64,000 nt of DNA from Aureliella sp. (GTDB lineage: Bacteria; Planctomycetota; Planctomycetia; Pirellulales; Pirellulaceae), in assembly GCA_963691875.1 (NCBI GenBank), contig OY829846.1, forward strand, positions 3,680,001 through 3,744,000, given 5' to 3'. Position 1 is the stretch's first letter, and each line of letters begins with the position of its first letter. This document shows, piece by piece, positions 59,941 to 64,000 of the stretch. Position numbers and translations under genes: made by a program. The notes beneath the pieces were generated by a model, which saw nothing but the letters and a program-made list of their open reading frames with translations, was not told where the DNA came from and did no database searches.

Positions 59941-62406
59941 ATGAAAACTAGATTCACTCCCTTAGCGCCTTTGTATTTGTTCGGCTGGATGTTGGTCTCC
60001 GCCCTCACGCCCGTGTCGCTTGCGAGCGATAAGGAAGGCGCGGCCAAAGGAGAAGCAACCAATTCCACCAACGCTCGGCTTCATCGACCGCTTCCGGAGT
60101 CGTTAACCAGCTTTGGTGCAGCCGTACAAGGTGAATACTTGTACGTGTTTAGCGGCCACAGCGGCGAAGCTCACGGTTTCGGAAAAGACTTGCTCGTCGA
60201 CCACTTCCGTCGGATTCGATTCGACGATCCAGCTGCAGAATGGGAAGAACTGGCGATGCACGAGCCTGCTCAAAGCGTAGCGCTCGTCAGCGACGATGAG
60301 TATCTCTACCGTATTGCCGGCTTGAGCTTTCTCAATGGTGAAGGCGATTCTGAGACGAACTTCAACTCGACGACTCACTTCGCTCGTTATGACGTTAAGA
60401 AAAATGAATGGACGGCACTGGCCGACCTTCCAGCCCCTCGCTCTTCACTGGACGCAGCTGTTCTGGATCGCTGTGTCTATGTGGCTGGGGGCTGGAATCT
60501 GCAGGGCTCCTCATCGCGAAGTGCACCTTGGCATGAGGATATCCTGTGCTTCGACCTTGATAATCCCGAGGCTGGTTGGAAGAGCTTGCCGGGTCCTGGA
60601 TACAAAACACGTGCTCTTTCAGTTGCGGCCCATGAAGGCAAGTTGTTTGTGATCGGTGGCATGCAGGAACGTGGGATTTCGAAGAAGGTTTCAGTTTACG
60701 ATCCTTCCACAGAATCTTGGCACGAGGGCCCTGAGCTTCCGGCTGACAGTCCGATGCAAGGTTTCGCCACATCTTCTTTTGCGGTTGGTGGGCAGCTTTA
60801 CATTACTGGGAATTCCGGAGTCGTTTATCGGCTGGGCGAACAGGATTGGGAGGTCGTTCAACGCCTCTTATTCCCTCGTATGTTCTTGCGATTGCTGCCA
60901 GTGGGCGAAGATCGCCTAATTGCTCTTGGCGGCACAGGATCTATCGGACGAACTGGTGTTGTTGAATCACTGTCGGTGAATCCTGAGATAGCTGCTGGTG
61001 TCAATCAGGCAAACTGGTCCGTTGAGTTCGGTGGCAAGGCAAAACATAGCCAGGCACTCGCACTTCGAGGTGGCAAGCTGTATGCAATGGGAGGCAATGC
61101 AAGCTGGCAAGCACACGATTTCTCTGAGAAGGCATTTGTCGACGAAGCATTCGTGTTCGACCTTGGAAATAAGACCGCCAAAGCACTGCCCAACATGCCG
61201 CGAGCTTTGCAAGGCAGTGCTGCAGTCATTCACTCGCAGACCAGCGAGCACAGCTCAGTCCTTGTTGCCGGTGGACTCGGGTACGGTGGTGGCCCAAAGA
61301 AAAACAATCTCGACTATTTAAATAGCGTCTACTCGTTTGACCTGGAATCGGAAGAGTGGACCCAGTCGGAGCAAGAGTTGCCCAATCCACGGGCTATGTT
61401 TAACGCAACAGTTCATGAAGAAGCAATTTGGATGTTCGCGGGTTCCAGCGGTCGCGACCAGGGACTCGCTGTCTCTATTTTACATTGGTGGGGCGACGAG
61501 TCTGCTATCGCTCCGCTTCACAAAATCGAAATACCAACGCCAAGAAGATCTTTTGGCGGAGCCTTGCTCGACAATCACTATTACTTAGTCGGCGGTCTAG
61601 CCAGTGGAATGAAAATCGCGGAAAGCGTCGATGTGTTTGACCTTACCGAGCGCACTTGGAGCACCATCCCTGGGCCGAGCGTCCCACGAGTGTTCCCGAG
61701 CTTAACCAATTGCGCTGGCAAGCTTTACTTGCATGGCGGATTCACGAGAGCCGATGGGCACTTCATGCCTGCGGAGACGCTGGAAGTTTACGATTCCGAG
61801 TCGAAGCAATGGAGCGCCATCGAAGGTGTGACTGGCATCCGTTCCGGAATGAGCATGCTCAACTTCAATGACCGTCTGCTTTTCTTTGGCGTCAACGAAG
61901 ATGCCGAGGGAGTGGCTGACTTTGTGATAGTAGACCCAGAGCCTCAGGCTACACCTGAATCAGAAGGCATGAGCTTTGGGCGATCACTCGGACGTCGTGA
62001 CGACTCCAAAGAAACCGCGAAGATGCTGTTGCGGAAAGACGGTAACAAGGACGGCATGCTGGATCGCGAAGAGCTCGGATCACGCCTTGCTGATCTGGTC
62101 GCGAAGGGAGATGAGAACAACGACGAAAAGCTATCTGCGACCGAGATTCTGACTGCCCTAAAGGAGCCAGAAGCCGAGGAAGCGGAGACAGAGAAGAGAG
62201 AGACTAAATCCGCTGACGCGAGCGACACCGCAGAGTCTGCTGACGCGAAGCCTGCGGCCAAGACGACTCCCAAGGACTCAGCGAAGAGTATCAGCGATCT
62301 GTTGCAAGAGATCGAAAAGCTTGCCGAGCAGTCCAAGAAAGCCGCTTCGGAGGAGACGCAGCGCTCGCTCGTTGTCGTAAAGAGTCTTCAATCAGCCTCC
62401 AAGTAG
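59941..62406 (+). CDS. Secreted Kelch-repeat (two-propeller) protein with C-terminal EF-hand pair
   Basis: Many Kelch GG repeats (YVAGGW, LFVIGGM, LYAMGG, YLVGG, LYLHGG), DGNKDGMLDREEL and DENNDEKLSATEI. Confidence 0.85.
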   Translation: MKTRFTPLAPLYLFGWMLVSALTPVSLASDKEGAAKGEATNSTNARLHRPLPESLTSFGAAVQGEYLYVFSGHSGEAHGFGKDLLVDHFRRIRFDDPAAEWEELAMHEPAQSVALVSDDEYLYRIAGLSFLNGEGDSETNFNSTTHFARYDVKKNEWTALADLPAPRSSLDAAVLDRCVYVAGGWNLQGSSSRSAPWHEDILCFDLDNPEAGWKSLPGPGYKTRALSVAAHEGKLFVIGGMQERGISKKVSVYDPSTESWHEGPELPADSPMQGFATSSFAVGGQLYITGNSGVVYRLGEQDWEVVQRLLFPRMFLRLLPVGEDRLIALGGTGSIGRTGVVESLSVNPEIAAGVNQANWSVEFGGKAKHSQALALRGGKLYAMGGNASWQAHDFSEKAFVDEAFVFDLGNKTAKALPNMPRALQGSAAVIHSQTSEHSSVLVAGGLGYGGGPKKNNLDYLNSVYSFDLESEEWTQSEQELPNPRAMFNATVHEEAIWMFAGSSGRDQGLAVSILHWWGDESAIAPLHKIEIPTPRRSFGGALLDNHYYLVGGLASGMKIAESVDVFDLTERTWSTIPGPSVPRVFPSLTNCAGKLYLHGGFTRADGHFMPAETLEVYDSESKQWSAIEGVTGIRSGMSMLNFNDRLLFFGVNEDAEGVADFVIVDPEPQATPESEGMSFGRSLGRRDDSKETAKMLLRKDGNKDGMLDREELGSRLADLVAKGDENNDEKLSATEILTALKEPEAEEAETEKRETKSADASDTAESADAKPAAKTTPKDSAKSISDLLQEIEKLAEQSKKAASEETQRSLVVVKSLQSASK

Positions 62407-62431
62407 AACAACATTGAATAGGTCCGGTTTC

Positions 62432-63919
62432 ATGATTCAAAAAGTCCTTCGCTTCGCCCTTCTGCTGGTCGCCCTTCCCTGTGCGGCAGACGAGTTTCAA
62501 TTCCACCACGAGAATGTCCTTGGGACCTCTTGTGAGATCACGCTTCACTGCGAGAGACAAGAGGATGCAATCGCAGCTGAAAAAGTCGCTTTGGCAGAGA
62601 TCGATCGACTTACCAAGATTCTGAGCGGATACGACGCAGACTCGGAGTGGAGCAAGCGGCTTTGCGAGCAGGGTTCGACCAAAGTCCTATCGGTTTCTCA
62701 GGAGCTAAGAGAAGTTCTAGAACAGGGCGAACAACTAAGACAGCAAACAGCCGGAGCTTTTGACTTCCGAGCCGGTGCGTTGTCCAAGCTATGGAGATCT
62801 ACCGCGGAAGAAAACCGAGTCCCGACAGCAACGGAGCGGGCGGCCGTGACATCGGGGCTAGCGACCGCACCTTATGAACTCACCGAAGCCGGTCTCCGCT
62901 GGAATACCGAGTCGAATCTATCGACCGATGGACTCGCAAAAGGCTATGTGATCGATCAGGTTGCACAGCGTTTGATTGAAATGAAAACCGTCACAGGATG
63001 TTGTGTGAACATCGGTGGTGATCTAAAAGTAGTAGGCGATGCGAAAGCATCGGTCTCTATCGAAAATCCCTTCCGACCCATGGAAGGAGCGGCGCCCCTG
63101 CAAGGCATATGTAGTGAGGAAGTTGCTGTATCCACCAGTGGCAACTACCGCAGGATCATTACAGTCGCAGGGCGCCGTTTCTCTCACATCCTCGATCCAC
63201 GCAGCGGAATGCCCGTGGACCACGTCGTTAGCGCGACGGTCATCGCTCCTTCAGCCAGTGCTAGCGATGCACTGGCGACCGCGTTTTCCGTCATGCCTGT
63301 CGCAAACAGTCTAAAACTTGCTGAGGAGCTGGACAAAACCGAGTGCTTTTTGGTACTCGCCAGCGGCGAGACGAGGTTCAGCAAAGGCTGGCCAACGGCG
63401 GGTGCTCCCAAGTATATCACTCGAGAGAAAGAGGCGAAGGAAGGCTTGATCGTCGACTTTAAGATCAACCGTCCCAAGGGCCGGAGATATCGACGTCCCT
63501 ATGTCGCGGTCTGGCTGGAAGACAAAGACGGCTTTCCCGTGAAAACTTCTATTCTTTGGATGCAAACCGATCAGCCAGGTCCACGCTGGCACCGTGATCT
63601 GACTCGCTGGTATCGCAATGATCGCCTCCGCAAGACCGTGGAAAAGACCAATTTGATCGAAACGATATCTGGTGCAACGCGTGGCCCAGGAACCTATCAG
63701 GCTGTCTTCGATGGAAAAGATAATGCTGGCAAAGTATTGGAGCCGGCGACATACACACTTTGTCTAGAAGTAGCTCGAGAACACGGTACATATCAAATCA
63801 TCCGCAAAAAGATTGAGATCGGTGAGAAAGCGATCGAGAAGACCGAGCTGGAAGGCAATGTAGAGATGGGAGATGTCTCCTTTTCATATGTGCCGCCGAT
63901 TACCCAGAAAATTCAATGA
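62432..63919 (+). CDS. apbE: FAD:protein FMN transferase (ApbE) fused to DUF2271
   Basis: ENVLGTS, DGLAKGYVID, VNIGGDL, STSGNYRR, SHILDPRSG, DALATAFSV, then RRPYVAVWLED, ISGATR, EVAREHG. Confidence 0.92.
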   Translation: MIQKVLRFALLLVALPCAADEFQFHHENVLGTSCEITLHCERQEDAIAAEKVALAEIDRLTKILSGYDADSEWSKRLCEQGSTKVLSVSQELREVLEQGEQLRQQTAGAFDFRAGALSKLWRSTAEENRVPTATERAAVTSGLATAPYELTEAGLRWNTESNLSTDGLAKGYVIDQVAQRLIEMKTVTGCCVNIGGDLKVVGDAKASVSIENPFRPMEGAAPLQGICSEEVAVSTSGNYRRIITVAGRRFSHILDPRSGMPVDHVVSATVIAPSASASDALATAFSVMPVANSLKLAEELDKTECFLVLASGETRFSKGWPTAGAPKYITREKEAKEGLIVDFKINRPKGRRYRRPYVAVWLEDKDGFPVKTSILWMQTDQPGPRWHRDLTRWYRNDRLRKTVEKTNLIETISGATRGPGTYQAVFDGKDNAGKVLEPATYTLCLEVAREHGTYQIIRKKIEIGEKAIEKTELEGNVEMGDVSFSYVPPITQKIQ

Positions 63920-64000
63920 GCTCTTCGGTTGCAACCTCGCCGACGCGTTCCAATCAGGGGTCTGGCGGCGCAAGTCGTCGGCTGGGCAATAAGCGTTGGC
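63916..64000 (+). CDS. N-terminus of a downstream gene, truncated by the window edge (PepSY-TM-like protein expected from context only)
   Basis: ATGA overlap with the apbE stop; frame open to the end (MSSSVATSPTRSNQGSGGASRRLGNKRW). Confidence 0.5.
   Translation, partial: MSSSVATSPTRSNQGSGGASRRLGNKRW

Overview
Bacterial genomic DNA with many planctomycete (Pirellulaceae-like) hallmarks: DUF1559 prepilin-like genes, a DUF1592/DUF1552 pair, DUF1080, a GYF_2-type domain and GTAG-class REP-like palindromes. The taxonomy is inferred from gene families only. Most of the window is housekeeping or ordinary accessory content: ptsI/ptsP 3' end, asnB, glgC, recO-bamD-lptE, nhaR/HPF, a UvrD helicase, rpmJ (missed by the ORF track), glmS, yebC, an S9 peptidase, an ALS+ALDH pair, ClC and a VPS10-type propeller. 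Five eroded genes are visible: a deletion-fused fadD/acyl-CoA dehydrogenase relic pair, a DUF1559 pseudogene, a frameshifted yunC and a Clp-ATPase C-terminal remnant. Two regions stand out. (1) A co-oriented ~9 kb envelope cluster at 55.1-64 kb behind a Fur-like dyad operator: DUF1559 prepilin, lipoprotein, Cys-tailed TPR protein, PQQ-type propeller, DUF4198-like protein, double-Kelch/EF-hand protein and an ApbE-DUF2271 fusion with an SGAT flavinylation motif. It looks like an expanded flavinylation-based metal-acquisition system. (2) A tandem two-unit structured-RNA candidate at 50.56-50.70 kb upstream of the VPS10-type gene. No rRNA, tRNA, CRISPR array or transposase was recognised. All calls come from reading motifs by eye; no database searches were run.
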